In this document: positions 9,036 through 18,230 of the stretch, piece by piece
How the letters are laid out: every line of letters starts with the position of its first letter
Numbering within the stretch: the first letter of the stretch is position 1
Assembly: GCA_046754085.1 (NCBI GenBank)
Contig: JBHHVE010000010.1
Coordinates: forward strand, 20,863-84,862
Length of the DNA stretch: 64,000 nucleotides
DNA from: Leptospirillia bacterium
GTDB lineage: Bacteria; Nitrospirota; JACRHL01
Direction: 5' to 3'
Translations under genes and position numbers: made by a program
The notes under the pieces: model-generated
What the model was told of the DNA's origin: nothing
The model's input: only the letters and a program-made list of their open reading frames with translations
The model's database searches: none

Positions 9036-9755
9036 TTAGCTGCGGGCCGCGGACAGGGAGAGCCAGCGGGTGACGATGGTCCGGACCGTTTCGTCGAGCA
9101 ACTCGCATCCGGCCCCCGCGCCCTCGGTGATCGCCTCGGGGTCCACGGTGTCTCCCAGCGCGGCCAGTTCGTCGGCGCCGATCGTGACCCACTCCTTGAC
9201 CATCGACTCTTCCATCTCCACATGGAACTGGAGGGCGTAAACGTTGTTGCCCATCCGGAAGGCCTGGTGCGGAAAGGCCGGGGAACTGGCCAGATGCACC
9301 GCCCCCAGGGGCAGATCGAAGCCCTCGCCGTGCCACTGGAACACCGGCAGGGGATTGGGCAGTCCGGCAAATACCGGGTCGGAGGCACTTTCCAGAGAAA
9401 GGTGGGTTTCAAACCAGCCGATTTCGGATGTTTCGCCCTTGAACACGCGCGCCCCCAGGGCGGCGGCGATGAGTTGGGCGCCGAGGCAGATGCCAAGGGT
9501 CGGAAAGTCCTGGGCGACGGCCTTTTTAATCAATTCCAGCTGGCGGTCGATCGAGGGGTTTTCTCCCGCGTCATTGGCGCTCATGGGGCCGCCCAGAACC
9601 ACCAGGGCGCGGTAGCCGGAAAGGGTATCGGGAATGTCGGCGTCCGGCAGGTGGCACGGCACCACCTCCTCGGTGGCGCCGGCACGCCGCATCAGCGCAT
9701 ACAGACGGCCCAACCCTTCGTGGGGAACCTGCTGGAGTACGAGAATTTTGTTCAT
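9036..9755 (-). CDS. Class I glutamine amidotransferase-like protein
   Basis: Trimmed to MNKILVL… at 9755. Has the GATase1 catalytic region …LGICLGAQLIA…LQFHVE…. Confidence 0.75.
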   Translation of the reverse strand: MNKILVLQQVPHEGLGRLYALMRRAGATEEVVPCHLPDADIPDTLSGYRALVVLGGPMSANDAGENPSIDRQLELIKKAVAQDFPTLGICLGAQLIAAALGARVFKGETSEIGWFETHLSLESASDPVFAGLPNPLPVFQWHGEGFDLPLGAVHLASSPAFPHQAFRMGNNVYALQFHVEMEESMVKEWVTIGADELAALGDTVDPEAITEGAGAGCELLDETVRTIVTRWLSLSAARS

Positions 9756-9862
9756 CGACTCACCCTGGAACAAGCTGTCCTGCATTCCTGTCAGACTATC
9801 TCTCCGGGCATCACACGTTCATTTTATCCGAAACTGCGCATTTGCGGGGCGTGGGGTTCGGA

Positions 9863-10348
9863 TCAGCCAGGGGCAAAGGCGGCCGGCTGCATGGTAAAGG
9901 CCTTGCCGAACCCGGCAACCAGTTGGATGGACTCGGGCCGCAGCACAAACATGTTGAAGTCGGGCAGTTGGAATGTCATCTCGGATTCGGGATAGCGGTC
10001 CAGGTAGCTTGCTCTGGCTTTGGCGTGTGTTTCCGAGCCCGGCTCAAGCACGCTGGCCCTGCCGTTAAAAATCACCCGGGGCAGGGCCTGGGGGTTTTTG
10101 TCCGGGCCGTCCGCTTCGATCACCAACAGGCTGATGCGCGGGTCGGCCGTCAGGTTTTTGGTGTGGCGCGCCATGCGGGACAGGTGCAGGTAGATTTCCC
10201 CGTTTTCCCGGTTTGCCACGAACGACGCCATGGAACCGGACGGGTTGCCGTCGGCCAGGGTGGAAAGAGCCGCCACGCGCACCTCCGTAAGCAGCGTCCA
10301 GACCAGCGCCTTGCGCTCCTCCGGGCTGAATCCGCTGCCTTCCATCAC
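9863..10348 (-). CDS. Pyridoxamine 5'-phosphate oxidase-like FMN-binding protein
   Basis: 161-aa split-barrel PNPOx-like fold inferred from sequence pattern (…VAALSTLADGNP…IYLHLSR…). 4-nt overlap with dxr. Confidence 0.55.
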   Translation of the reverse strand: MMEGSGFSPEERKALVWTLLTEVRVAALSTLADGNPSGSMASFVANRENGEIYLHLSRMARHTKNLTADPRISLLVIEADGPDKNPQALPRVIFNGRASVLEPGSETHAKARASYLDRYPESEMTFQLPDFNMFVLRPESIQLVAGFGKAFTMQPAAFAPG

Positions 10349-11517
10349 GAGACCGCCTCCTGTGTCAGTTGTGCACGGGCAAACGCCCGCGCGGTGTGGT
10401 CGGCCGCAAGCACCTGGTCCACTGACGTGAGCGGCTCCGACGGGTGGGCCGCCATCGTGGACGCCACCACCCTGGGGATGTCGGTAAACAGAATCCGGCC
10501 ATCCAGAAATGCCGCCACCGCCACCTCGTTGGCGGCGTTGAGGGTGGTGGGCAGGGTGCCGCAGGCGCGGGTTGCCTGAAACGCCAGATCCAGGCAGGGG
10601 AAGCGCTCGGTGTCCGGCGGCTCGAAGGTGAGTTTCGCCAGTTGGGCGAAATCCGGCGCCGGGATATCCAGTTCCACCCGTTCCGGGTAGCTCATGGCGT
10701 AAGCGATGGGGCCGCGCATGTCCGGCAGGCCCATCTGCGCCATGACGCCGCCGTCCTGAAACGCCACCATGGAGTGGATGATGCTCTGGGGATGCACCAC
10801 CACCTGCACCTGGTCGGCGCCGAGACCGAACAGCCAGCGCGCCTCGATGACTTCCAGCCCTTTGTTCATGAGTGTGGCCGAATCGACGGTGATCTTGGCA
10901 CCCATGTCCCAGTTGGGGTGGTTGCCCGCCTGTTCCGGGGTGACACGGGTCAGTGCCTCGGGGGACAACGCGCGAAACGGTCCGCCGGAGGCAGTGAGGA
11001 TGATGTGGCTCAAATCCTGACGGCGGTTACCGGCCAGGCATTGGAAGATGGCCGAGTGTTCCGAGTCCACCGGAATGACCGGCACGCCGCGACGTTCCGC
11101 CAACCCCATCAGCAACGGCCCGGCCATGACCAGGGACTCCTTGTTGGCGAGGGCCACCGGAGTGCCCGCTTCCACCGCATCGAATGTGGGCAGCATGCCG
11201 GCGCCGCCGACGATGGCGGCGATCACCAGATCGCAAGCGGAGGCGGCCACTTCGCGCACCCCCTCAGGGCCGCTGCGCACGGCGGTTTCCATCCCCTCTT
11301 TCCGGAGACGTTTGGTGAGGGTGTCCGCCGCTTGCGGATCGGCCATCGCCACCAGTCCGGGGCGGAACTGCTCAACCTGTTTGAAGAGGGTGTCGACGTC
11401 GGCGCGGGCGGCCAGGGCGGTGATTTCAAACCGGTCCGGATGACGCGCCACCACGTCGAGGGCATTCTTGCCGATGGAGCCGGTGGCCCCGAGCACGGCG
11501 ATGCGTTTTTTGCTCAC
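10345..11517 (-). CDS. dxr: 1-deoxy-D-xylulose 5-phosphate reductoisomerase
   Basis: MSKKRIAVLGATGSIGKNALDV…LANKESLV…NHPNWDMGAKITVDSATLMNKGLE, full-length Dxr motifs. Confidence 0.95.
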   Translation of the reverse strand: MSKKRIAVLGATGSIGKNALDVVARHPDRFEITALAARADVDTLFKQVEQFRPGLVAMADPQAADTLTKRLRKEGMETAVRSGPEGVREVAASACDLVIAAIVGGAGMLPTFDAVEAGTPVALANKESLVMAGPLLMGLAERRGVPVIPVDSEHSAIFQCLAGNRRQDLSHIILTASGGPFRALSPEALTRVTPEQAGNHPNWDMGAKITVDSATLMNKGLEVIEARWLFGLGADQVQVVVHPQSIIHSMVAFQDGGVMAQMGLPDMRGPIAYAMSYPERVELDIPAPDFAQLAKLTFEPPDTERFPCLDLAFQATRACGTLPTTLNAANEVAVAAFLDGRILFTDIPRVVASTMAAHPSEPLTSVDQVLAADHTARAFARAQLTQEAVS

Positions 11518-12335
11518 GGCAGCAGGCTCCCTGCAATGCTTTCCACGTCGCCAGTCATGTGTCTGAACTTCAGATAGTAGAACAGTACGGGCGCGGTGAA
11601 AAGAAATGCATCCAGCTTGTCGAGCACGCCGCCGTGGGCGGGAATCAGGGTGCTGGAATCCTTTACCCCGGCGCCGCGCTTGAATTGGGATTCCACCAGG
11701 TCACCAATGAGCGCGGCGGGTCCCAGCAAAAGGCCGATCACCAGAGGTTCCCACCAGGCCATGGCAGGCACCAACAGCATCCCGGCGTAAGCCGCGGCAA
11801 TGCTGGCGGCAAAGCCCCCCAGGGTGCCCTCCACGGTCTTGTTGGGGCTGATTTCGGTAAGCGGGGTTTTGCCGAGGGTGCGTCCCACGTAGTAGGCGGC
11901 GGCATCGCCGCACCAGGTGATCAGCATCAGGTAGATCACCCAGCAGCCGTACGCACCCATGCCCTTGAGGTAGGCGATGTGGGCGATGAGCACCGCCACA
12001 TAGACCAGCCCCAGGACGATCACGCCGGTATCCGCCAGGGCCGATTCCCGTTTGCCGGAAAACAGCCGGAGCGTGAGTATCAGGATGGCGCCGGGCGCCA
12101 GGGCGATCATGGGGGGTTCCAGCGCCACCACCAGCACCCCGACGGCGCACCCGGCCCAGGCGGCGGCGGGCAACCGGTCGGTAAACCGAAAGCGGTACAG
12201 CTCCCACTGTCCCGCCGCCGCCACCAGGCCAATCAGGAGGGCGAACGCGGCAGGCGGCAGGAACAATACGCAGGCGGCGACGGCGGGCAGCGCCACGGCG
12301 GCGGTGATCAGACGGTCTTTCCCCAGCATGGTCAA
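11514..12335 (-). CDS. cdsA: Phosphatidate cytidylyltransferase
   Basis: 273-aa polytopic membrane protein with the CdsA C-terminal signature …FKRGAGVKDSSTLIPAHGGVLDKLDAF…. Part of the uppS-cdsA-dxr cluster. Confidence 0.9.
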   Translation of the reverse strand: MTMLGKDRLITAAVALPAVAACVLFLPPAAFALLIGLVAAAGQWELYRFRFTDRLPAAAWAGCAVGVLVVALEPPMIALAPGAILILTLRLFSGKRESALADTGVIVLGLVYVAVLIAHIAYLKGMGAYGCWVIYLMLITWCGDAAAYYVGRTLGKTPLTEISPNKTVEGTLGGFAASIAAAYAGMLLVPAMAWWEPLVIGLLLGPAALIGDLVESQFKRGAGVKDSSTLIPAHGGVLDKLDAFLFTAPVLFYYLKFRHMTGDVESIAGSLLP

Positions 12336-12347
12336 ATCCGTTCCGCC

Positions 12348-13136
12348 TCAGGCGGAGCGCGCCTCCTTGTTGGGCCGTACCTGTTCGCCGGTCAGGCCGA
12401 AGCGGCGTTCGCGGCCCTGATAGTCGAGTATTGAACGGTACAGGTCGGCCTTTCTGAAATCGGGCCACAGGATGGGGCTGAACACGAATTCGGCATAGGC
12501 CGCCTGCCACAGCAGAAAGTTGGACAGGCGCTGCTCGCCGCTGGTGCGAATGAGCAGGTCCGGGTCAGGATAACGGGCGGTTTCGAGACGCCCGGTCAGG
12601 GTGTCTTCATCCACCTGATCCGGGTTGATGCGTCCGGCGGCGGCGTCGGCTGCGAGGGCGCGGGCGGCCGCCGCAATCTCCTGGCGGCTGCCGTAGTTGA
12701 GCGCCAGCACCAGGGTCATGCTGCTGCATTCGGAGGTGCGCTTTATGGTGTCCTCCAGGGTCTCCTGCACCGCCGGTGGCAGACGCCCGCTGTCGCCGAT
12801 GGTGGCAAGCCGGATGTCGTTGTCCAGCAGGGTGGAAAGTTCCTTGGACAGAAACTCCTTCAAAAAGCGCATGAGCGCGCGCACTTCCAGACGCGGCCGC
12901 TGCCAGTTCTCCCCGGAAAAGGCGTACAGGGTCAACACCTCGATGCCCAGTTCACGGCAGGTGGTGATGGCCTCGCGCACGCTCTCGATGCCGGCGCGGT
13001 GGCCCTCAACCCGGCTCTTGCCCTGTTGCCTGGCCCAGCGCCCGTTGCCGTCCATGATGATGGCCAGGTGACGGGGCAGACGCGCCGGGTCGATTGCGGC
13101 AAGCAGGGCGTCGGCGTCGGTCGGCGTCTGGGTCAT
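12348..13136 (-). CDS. uppS: Undecaprenyl diphosphate synthase (ditrans,polycis)
   Basis: …HLAIIMDGNGRWA…TLYAFSGENWQRP…ERRFG, the cis-prenyltransferase signature. Confidence 0.95.
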   Translation of the reverse strand: MTQTPTDADALLAAIDPARLPRHLAIIMDGNGRWARQQGKSRVEGHRAGIESVREAITTCRELGIEVLTLYAFSGENWQRPRLEVRALMRFLKEFLSKELSTLLDNDIRLATIGDSGRLPPAVQETLEDTIKRTSECSSMTLVLALNYGSRQEIAAAARALAADAAAGRINPDQVDEDTLTGRLETARYPDPDLLIRTSGEQRLSNFLLWQAAYAEFVFSPILWPDFRKADLYRSILDYQGRERRFGLTGEQVRPNKEARSA

Positions 13137-13303
13137 GGTGTATGCGAGCCGGAAGGGGCGTGGGTCACTGTGCGGTCTGCGTCATAAGCTGCAACGCCGT
13201 CACGCCCGGCTGGGCATTTTCGCCCTTGTTTTCTGGTGCCGGAGCGCCCTTCCCCGGGGGCGGGGTCCGAACCGGTGATTAACGGTTCGGCAGTCTACGG
13301 CGC

Positions 13304-13329
13304 GGGGCTGCGCCTGTCAACGCAGCCCC
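13304..13329 (-). terminator. Putative hairpin downstream of the beta-barrel gene (no U-tract)
   Basis: 9-bp stem GGGGCTGCG-cctgtcaa-CGCAGCCCC, 19 nt after the stop at 13348. A second hairpin GAACCG-gtgattaa-CGGTTC at 13269-13288. Confidence 0.3.
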
Positions 13330-13347
13330 GCATCGAAGCGAGGGGGA

Positions 13348-14085
13348 TTACAGCCCGAGGTTGAGGCGCAGGGAGTAGACGGTGGCCTCCGAGAAATCCG
13401 CCTGGGCGACGATGTTGAGCACCGGCAGAAGCGACATCTTCACCCCCACGTGGGTGCGGACGATACTATCTTCCACGTCGGTGAATGCGACGTCGGGGTC
13501 ATTCTCGCTGCCGTCCAGCCAGATCTGGTCGATGCCCGCGTACGGGGTAAAGATAAGGAATCCCTTGCTGACGCCAACACCGACGCCGTAGGTGGTCAGG
13601 TCCAGCACGTCGACGCCGGAAAGGGCACTGTAGTGCCCTTGCACGGACAGGGCCGGGGTTGCGGCGGTGCCGTCCAGCAGGGCCTTTCTCACCTCGAAGC
13701 CGATCACCTTGACGTCGCTGCCCGGCACCTGGATCAGGGAGCCGCCCACATCGATGCTGAACGGCAGCCCCTTGCGCGCCTGAATCCGTGCAATGGGGAA
13801 ACTGCTGGGGGCGCTGGTATCCTGCAACGCCTCATTCCAGAGGGTGGTGTCGATGTCCACCAGGGAGACCGAGACCCCCAGGTCGAAGCCGATGACACCT
13901 AAAGGCTCGGCCGGCCCCAACGGGTTGTAGGCGATGGCCGTGCCCAGTTCCTTGACGAAGTCTTCGAACTCATTCTGGGCCATGGTGGCGGCCAGGTTGA
14001 TGTCGTTGTCGCCGGCGCGGGCGCCGGTGGTGACCGCCAGAACGAGTGAGAATGCGAACAGGGTGCGGGAAAGGGTCTTAAGCAT
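13348..14085 (-). CDS. Hypothetical secreted/outer-membrane beta-barrel protein
   Basis: 245 aa. Sec signal peptide (MLKTLSRTLFAFSLVLAVTTGARA), then alternating hydrophobic beta-strand pattern rich in G/S/T/D. No enzyme motifs. Family not recognised from sequence. Confidence 0.5.
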   Translation of the reverse strand: MLKTLSRTLFAFSLVLAVTTGARAGDNDINLAATMAQNEFEDFVKELGTAIAYNPLGPAEPLGVIGFDLGVSVSLVDIDTTLWNEALQDTSAPSSFPIARIQARKGLPFSIDVGGSLIQVPGSDVKVIGFEVRKALLDGTAATPALSVQGHYSALSGVDVLDLTTYGVGVGVSKGFLIFTPYAGIDQIWLDGSENDPDVAFTDVEDSIVRTHVGVKMSLLPVLNIVAQADFSEATVYSLRLNLGL

Positions 14086-14171
14086 GTTGCCTCCGGTTTG
14101 AGTGACACCTTGCTCCCGAACGGGGTGCCGGGGCGGTGTAAAAGTGAATCAGTCGTATCGGAAAAAGTGTG

Positions 14172-15266
14172 TCAGCGCCCAAGGTTGATACCGATCGCCT
14201 CGGCGGTGAGGATCAGCCCGGAGTCGAGGGGCACCCATTTGTAATCGGTGATGGCCTCGTGAATCGGCACCGAGGTGATCTGCGAACCCTGCAGGCAGAC
14301 CATGCGGCCGAACTCGCCCCGGACCACCAGGGACATGGCCTTGGCGCCGAACCGGGTGGCCAGGATGCGGTCGAAGGCAGTCGGGGAGCCGCCACGCTGG
14401 ATATGGCCGAGCACGGTGACGCGCACGTCCATGTCAGTGCAGTTGGCGATGTGCTCGCCGACCTCGTTGCCGACGCCCCCGAGCCGGTCCATGCCTTTAC
14501 CCTTGCCGCCTTTTTCCACCACCGTCACATCACCGCCCTTGGGCTTGGCGCCCTCGGCCACCACCACGATGGAGAAGCCGCTGCCCTGGTCGGCCCGGTC
14601 GCGGATCTTCTGACATACGTCTTCTATGTCGTACGGAATTTCCGGGATCAGAATCACGTCGGCACCACCGGCAATACCGGACTCCAGGGCGATCCAGCCG
14701 GTGTAGCGGCCCATCACCTCCACCACGATCACCCGGTGATGGCTGGCGGCGGTGGTGTGCAGCTTGTCCAGACACTCGGTGGCGGTGGTCACCGCCGAGT
14801 TGAAGCCGAAGGTGACGTCGGTGGCGCGCAGGTCGTTGTCGATGGTTTTGGGCACGCCCACCACCGGCAGCCCCTTGTCGAACAGGCGCGCCGCCAAGCG
14901 ATTGGTGCCGTCGCCGCCGATGGCGATCAGCCCCGAAAGTCCCAGCTCCTTAAAATAGAGCAACAGTTGGTCGGAAACGTCCTCGATCACCTCCCGGCCG
15001 TCCACCTGGGTGTGGAATTCGAACGGGTTGGAGCGGTTGGAACTGTGCAGGATGGTGCCGCCGGTGGGCAGGATGCCGCGAATGGAAAAGGAGGTCATTT
15101 CCCGGGTCTTGCCCGGCAGAATCAAGCCCTCGAAGCTGTCTTCGATGCCGACCACGGACCAGCCGTATTTTTTTTCCGCCGACTTGACCACGGCACGGAT
15201 AACCGCATTCAGTCCAGGGCAGTCACCACCCCCGGTCAGGACTCCGACTTTCGGCATGGAACCCAT
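14172..15266 (-). CDS. pfkA: 6-phosphofructokinase
   Basis: …GVLTGGGDCPGLNAVIRAVV…GGDGT…PKTIDNDL…MGRYTGW…, the PFK family A signature. An alternative start at 15257 is possible. Confidence 0.9.
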   Translation of the reverse strand: MGSMPKVGVLTGGGDCPGLNAVIRAVVKSAEKKYGWSVVGIEDSFEGLILPGKTREMTSFSIRGILPTGGTILHSSNRSNPFEFHTQVDGREVIEDVSDQLLLYFKELGLSGLIAIGGDGTNRLAARLFDKGLPVVGVPKTIDNDLRATDVTFGFNSAVTTATECLDKLHTTAASHHRVIVVEVMGRYTGWIALESGIAGGADVILIPEIPYDIEDVCQKIRDRADQGSGFSIVVVAEGAKPKGGDVTVVEKGGKGKGMDRLGGVGNEVGEHIANCTDMDVRVTVLGHIQRGGSPTAFDRILATRFGAKAMSLVVRGEFGRMVCLQGSQITSVPIHEAITDYKWVPLDSGLILTAEAIGINLGR

Positions 15267-15274
15267 TCTCCTCC

Positions 15275-15448
15275 TTACAGCTGTTCAGCCTCGTCCACCA
15301 ACATGACGGGAATTCCATCCTCGACCAGATAGCGCAGGCGGCACACATCGCATACCAGCGCCTCCGGGCCGGTTTCGTCCCTGAGTTCCCCCTTGCATTG
15401 GGGGCAGACCAAAACAGCTCTGAGGGCATCGTCCAAGGGCATGTTCAT
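15275..15448 (-). CDS. Trm112/YcaR-like small zinc-ribbon protein (UPF0434/DUF343 family)
   Basis: Not in the ORF track (<60 aa). My minus-strand translation: MNMPLDDALRAVLVCPQCKGELRDETGPEALVCDVCRLRYLVEDGIPVMLVDEAEQL*. It has the family-typical LVCPxCKG…LxC…YPxxDGIPVML pattern. GAGGA Shine-Dalgarno upstream; start may be the second ATG at 15442. Stop TAA overlaps the pfk Shine-Dalgarno. Confidence 0.8.
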   Translation of the reverse strand: MNMPLDDALRAVLVCPQCKGELRDETGPEALVCDVCRLRYLVEDGIPVMLVDEAEQL

Positions 15449-17142
15449 TCCTCTTTTCGGGGCATTTGCGGCGTCTTCGGCGCGTCCCGGTTCAGGCTCG
15501 GGTCGACCCCGAGCAGGCGCAGGCGGTGGTCAACCTGCTCCAGCTTTTTTACCACTTGTCCGTGCCAATAGGGAAGGTTATCCGGCGTAATGATGGTGAG
15601 GGCGGTTTCAAAAGCGTCCCTGGCGAGTGTCAGGGCGCGGCGGGTTCCAGGTCCGGGAAGGGTGGTGAGCACGATCCCCTTTTTAATCTGCAGCAGGGCG
15701 TGGTCCATGGGCGCCGCCTCGGCGGTCAGCACGGATATCGCCCGGTCGTAATGGCCCACCGCACGCAGCATGTACCCGCGTCGGTCCGCACCGGGCATGT
15801 TATACAGCGCCTCGGCGGTGAATTGGTGCATGCGGGCATACTGGCGCGGGTTGACCTCCACGGTCCAGTAACGCAGGGCATCCCGGTAGGCGGCAATGGC
15901 GGCCCACAGGTTGGCGCCGTCGGGCAGGGTGGGCAGGGCCTGATAGGCCTGCCCCATGTTGCCGTAGCTAATGGCGATGAGGTCGGGGCGGGACTCAAGC
16001 CCCGGTACCCGGATAGCCTCCTGATACAGCTTGATGGCGGCCAGCAGGTTTTTGTTGCGGTCGCCGTCCGGCAGGCGTTGCAGGCAGACGGCGGAGTTGT
16101 GCAGGGCGGTACGGTAGGCTTCGGGAAACGCCTCCGGGGTCCAGATTCGGAGCGCCCGCCTGTAAGCCATGATGGCTCGGTGCAGGTGTTTTCCGGTGTC
16201 GCCCGTGGGCATGCGCATTTCCAGGGTGGCGATGTGGTGCAGCAGCCGGGCGTGCAGCACCGGTACGTCGTCGGCCCGGAAAAACGGCAGGGCTGCCTCC
16301 AGGGAGTTCACCGCCTTGGTAAGCACGGCGGCACCCTTGCGCTCCGGGTGGGCCTGGTAGGCCAGCCCCCGGTTGAACAGGGTGGCGCCCAGCACGCGCA
16401 GGTCGTCGTCCTTCCCCATGACGGTGGTGAGCGCTCCGAAGTGGTACAGGGCCGAATCCACCAGCGCGCCGTCGCTCCGGGAAAGGCCCATACCCAGTTC
16501 CGACAGGGCGATGAAGAACACCACCGGATAGCGTTCCATAGCCGGCAGGTCCGGGTAGTTGTTCAGTGCCACCAGAACCTGATGGGCGGCGTCAAATCGA
16601 TCCAGACGCAGGTAGGCTAAACCGAGTACCGCATAAACGGCCTGTACCGGGTTTTGTGCATCGAAGGCGGGCAACCGGTGGAGCACCGGCACGATGGGGC
16701 GCTCTCCCGCCGCCTGCCGGGACTGGAAGGCGGGTTCAAAAGCATAGCGGTGGGCGATGGACAGGGTGGGCCTGCCAGCGTCGTCGATGCTGCTCCAGAT
16801 CACGAAGGTGTCGCCGGTGGTGGCCTTTCGCAGGCTGGCCGGCAGGGGCGCGGGGGCGGCGGCGGGCAGTCTCGAAACCTGCATGATCCGCACGGAAAAA
16901 CGCCCGGTCAGATAGCGGGCCTTTTTCAGGGCCCGTCGGAGTTCCCGCGCCAGCCGGCGGTTTTCCCCGTTGGTGTCCGGGGAGGCCAGCACGGTGATGT
17001 GCACTTCCCCGCTGGTGTCGGAAGGGTCCGGGGCGGCCTCCGCACCCCAGGCGGGTACCGTCAGCATCAGCCATGCCGCGATCAGGCCGATGCTGATCAA
17101 GTGGCTTGCGCGCGGCTGTATGAGTTCCCCCCGGTCCGGCAT
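15445..17142 (-). CDS. Hypothetical TPR-repeat protein with N-terminal signal/TM segment
   Basis: 565 aa. N-terminal hydrophobic segment (LISIGLIAAWLMLTVPAWG), C-terminal two-thirds rich in A/L/Y/R TPR-like helical repeats. 4-nt overlap with the small Trm112-like ORF. Confidence 0.6.
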   Translation of the reverse strand: MPDRGELIQPRASHLISIGLIAAWLMLTVPAWGAEAAPDPSDTSGEVHITVLASPDTNGENRRLARELRRALKKARYLTGRFSVRIMQVSRLPAAAPAPLPASLRKATTGDTFVIWSSIDDAGRPTLSIAHRYAFEPAFQSRQAAGERPIVPVLHRLPAFDAQNPVQAVYAVLGLAYLRLDRFDAAHQVLVALNNYPDLPAMERYPVVFFIALSELGMGLSRSDGALVDSALYHFGALTTVMGKDDDLRVLGATLFNRGLAYQAHPERKGAAVLTKAVNSLEAALPFFRADDVPVLHARLLHHIATLEMRMPTGDTGKHLHRAIMAYRRALRIWTPEAFPEAYRTALHNSAVCLQRLPDGDRNKNLLAAIKLYQEAIRVPGLESRPDLIAISYGNMGQAYQALPTLPDGANLWAAIAAYRDALRYWTVEVNPRQYARMHQFTAEALYNMPGADRRGYMLRAVGHYDRAISVLTAEAAPMDHALLQIKKGIVLTTLPGPGTRRALTLARDAFETALTIITPDNLPYWHGQVVKKLEQVDHRLRLLGVDPSLNRDAPKTPQMPRKEE

Positions 17143-17147
17143 GGACG

Positions 17148-18227
17148 TTATTGCCTGACTGCCATCAACCGGTAGGCCCCCCAGGCGGAAAAGATCGCCA
17201 GAGGCAGCCAGGCCGCGGGCACGGCGGGCAGGGTGCCGGAGCGACCGAGGGCGGTGGACATGGAAATTAACAGCCAGAAGCAGAGGGCGATGGCCAGGCC
17301 CGTGGCGATACCGCGGGCGATGCCCTTGCCCCGTGGCAGAATCAGGCCGTAAGGGATCGCCACCAGCACCATCACCAGACAGGCGAACGGCATGGCCATA
17401 CGGGACGCCAGAGAGGCGCGGTAGGGGGTGGCGTCGTATCCGTCGTCTTCCAGGCGGCGGATATAACGGGACAGGTCGGAGACCGATACATGTTCGTGCC
17501 GCACCGAAAGGTTACCCAGCTCCCCCGGTGGTCTCGAGAGGGGCGCGGGCCGCCGGGAAAAGCCGTGGACGGCGAGGCCGCCGTCATCGTCACCGGCGAT
17601 CCGGCCATCCTCCAGGAACCAGCCGTCCTTGCCGAACACCATGCGCCGCGCGGTGGTCAGGCGCTGCACGCGGCCCTTGCCGTCCAGCTCCAGAATGCGT
17701 ACCCCGGACATCACCCCGGCCTGCATGTCGGCCGAGGCGACCCCGAACACGGCATTGCCTTCGGTGCGGAACCAGAGCCGGTCGTGCAGAAACGTGGGGC
17801 TGCCCGAACGCGGGTCCGACGCTTCCGCCAGAATTCGTCCGGCCAGGGCATCGGCTTTGGGCACCAGGGCGTAGGACGCCCACAACAGGATGAGACTTGC
17901 CAGCAGGCCGATGCCGAGCAGCGGCAGCGCCAGCCGGTGGATGCCGAACCCGGCGGCGCGCATGGCAATGATTTCGGAGCGGGAAGCCAACGCCCCGAGA
18001 GCCAGGATGGTGGACAAGAGCAGGGCGAACGGGGTGACAACGGAAACCGCGCCGGGCAGACTCAGGGCCACGAACTGGATCAGGGCGATCGCCGGGTGTT
18101 CATGGCCGAGCAGCACCCGCAGTTTTTCCACCGCCCGCACCGTCAGGTGAATCACCGAGAGTCCGGCCAGTACCAGTGCCAGGGTCTTCGCATGCTGGAC
18201 CGCGATATAACGGAGCAGGACTTGCAC
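17148..18227 (-). CDS. lptG: LPS export ABC transporter permease LptG
   Basis: 359-aa YjgP/YjgQ-family permease (MQVLLRYIAVQHAKTLALVL…), second of two paralogous permeases directly after lptF. Confidence 0.8.
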   Translation of the reverse strand: MQVLLRYIAVQHAKTLALVLAGLSVIHLTVRAVEKLRVLLGHEHPAIALIQFVALSLPGAVSVVTPFALLLSTILALGALASRSEIIAMRAAGFGIHRLALPLLGIGLLASLILLWASYALVPKADALAGRILAEASDPRSGSPTFLHDRLWFRTEGNAVFGVASADMQAGVMSGVRILELDGKGRVQRLTTARRMVFGKDGWFLEDGRIAGDDDGGLAVHGFSRRPAPLSRPPGELGNLSVRHEHVSVSDLSRYIRRLEDDGYDATPYRASLASRMAMPFACLVMVLVAIPYGLILPRGKGIARGIATGLAIALCFWLLISMSTALGRSGTLPAVPAAWLPLAIFSAWGAYRLMAVRQ

Positions 18228-18230
18228 GGT

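Noticed and set aside
15223-15429. Track ORF of 68 aa on the minus strand
   Set aside because: Wrong frame. The real small gene here is the Trm112-like ORF at 15275..15448, which has family motifs and a Shine-Dalgarno. The 68-aa product is Trp/Arg/Cys-rich nonsense.
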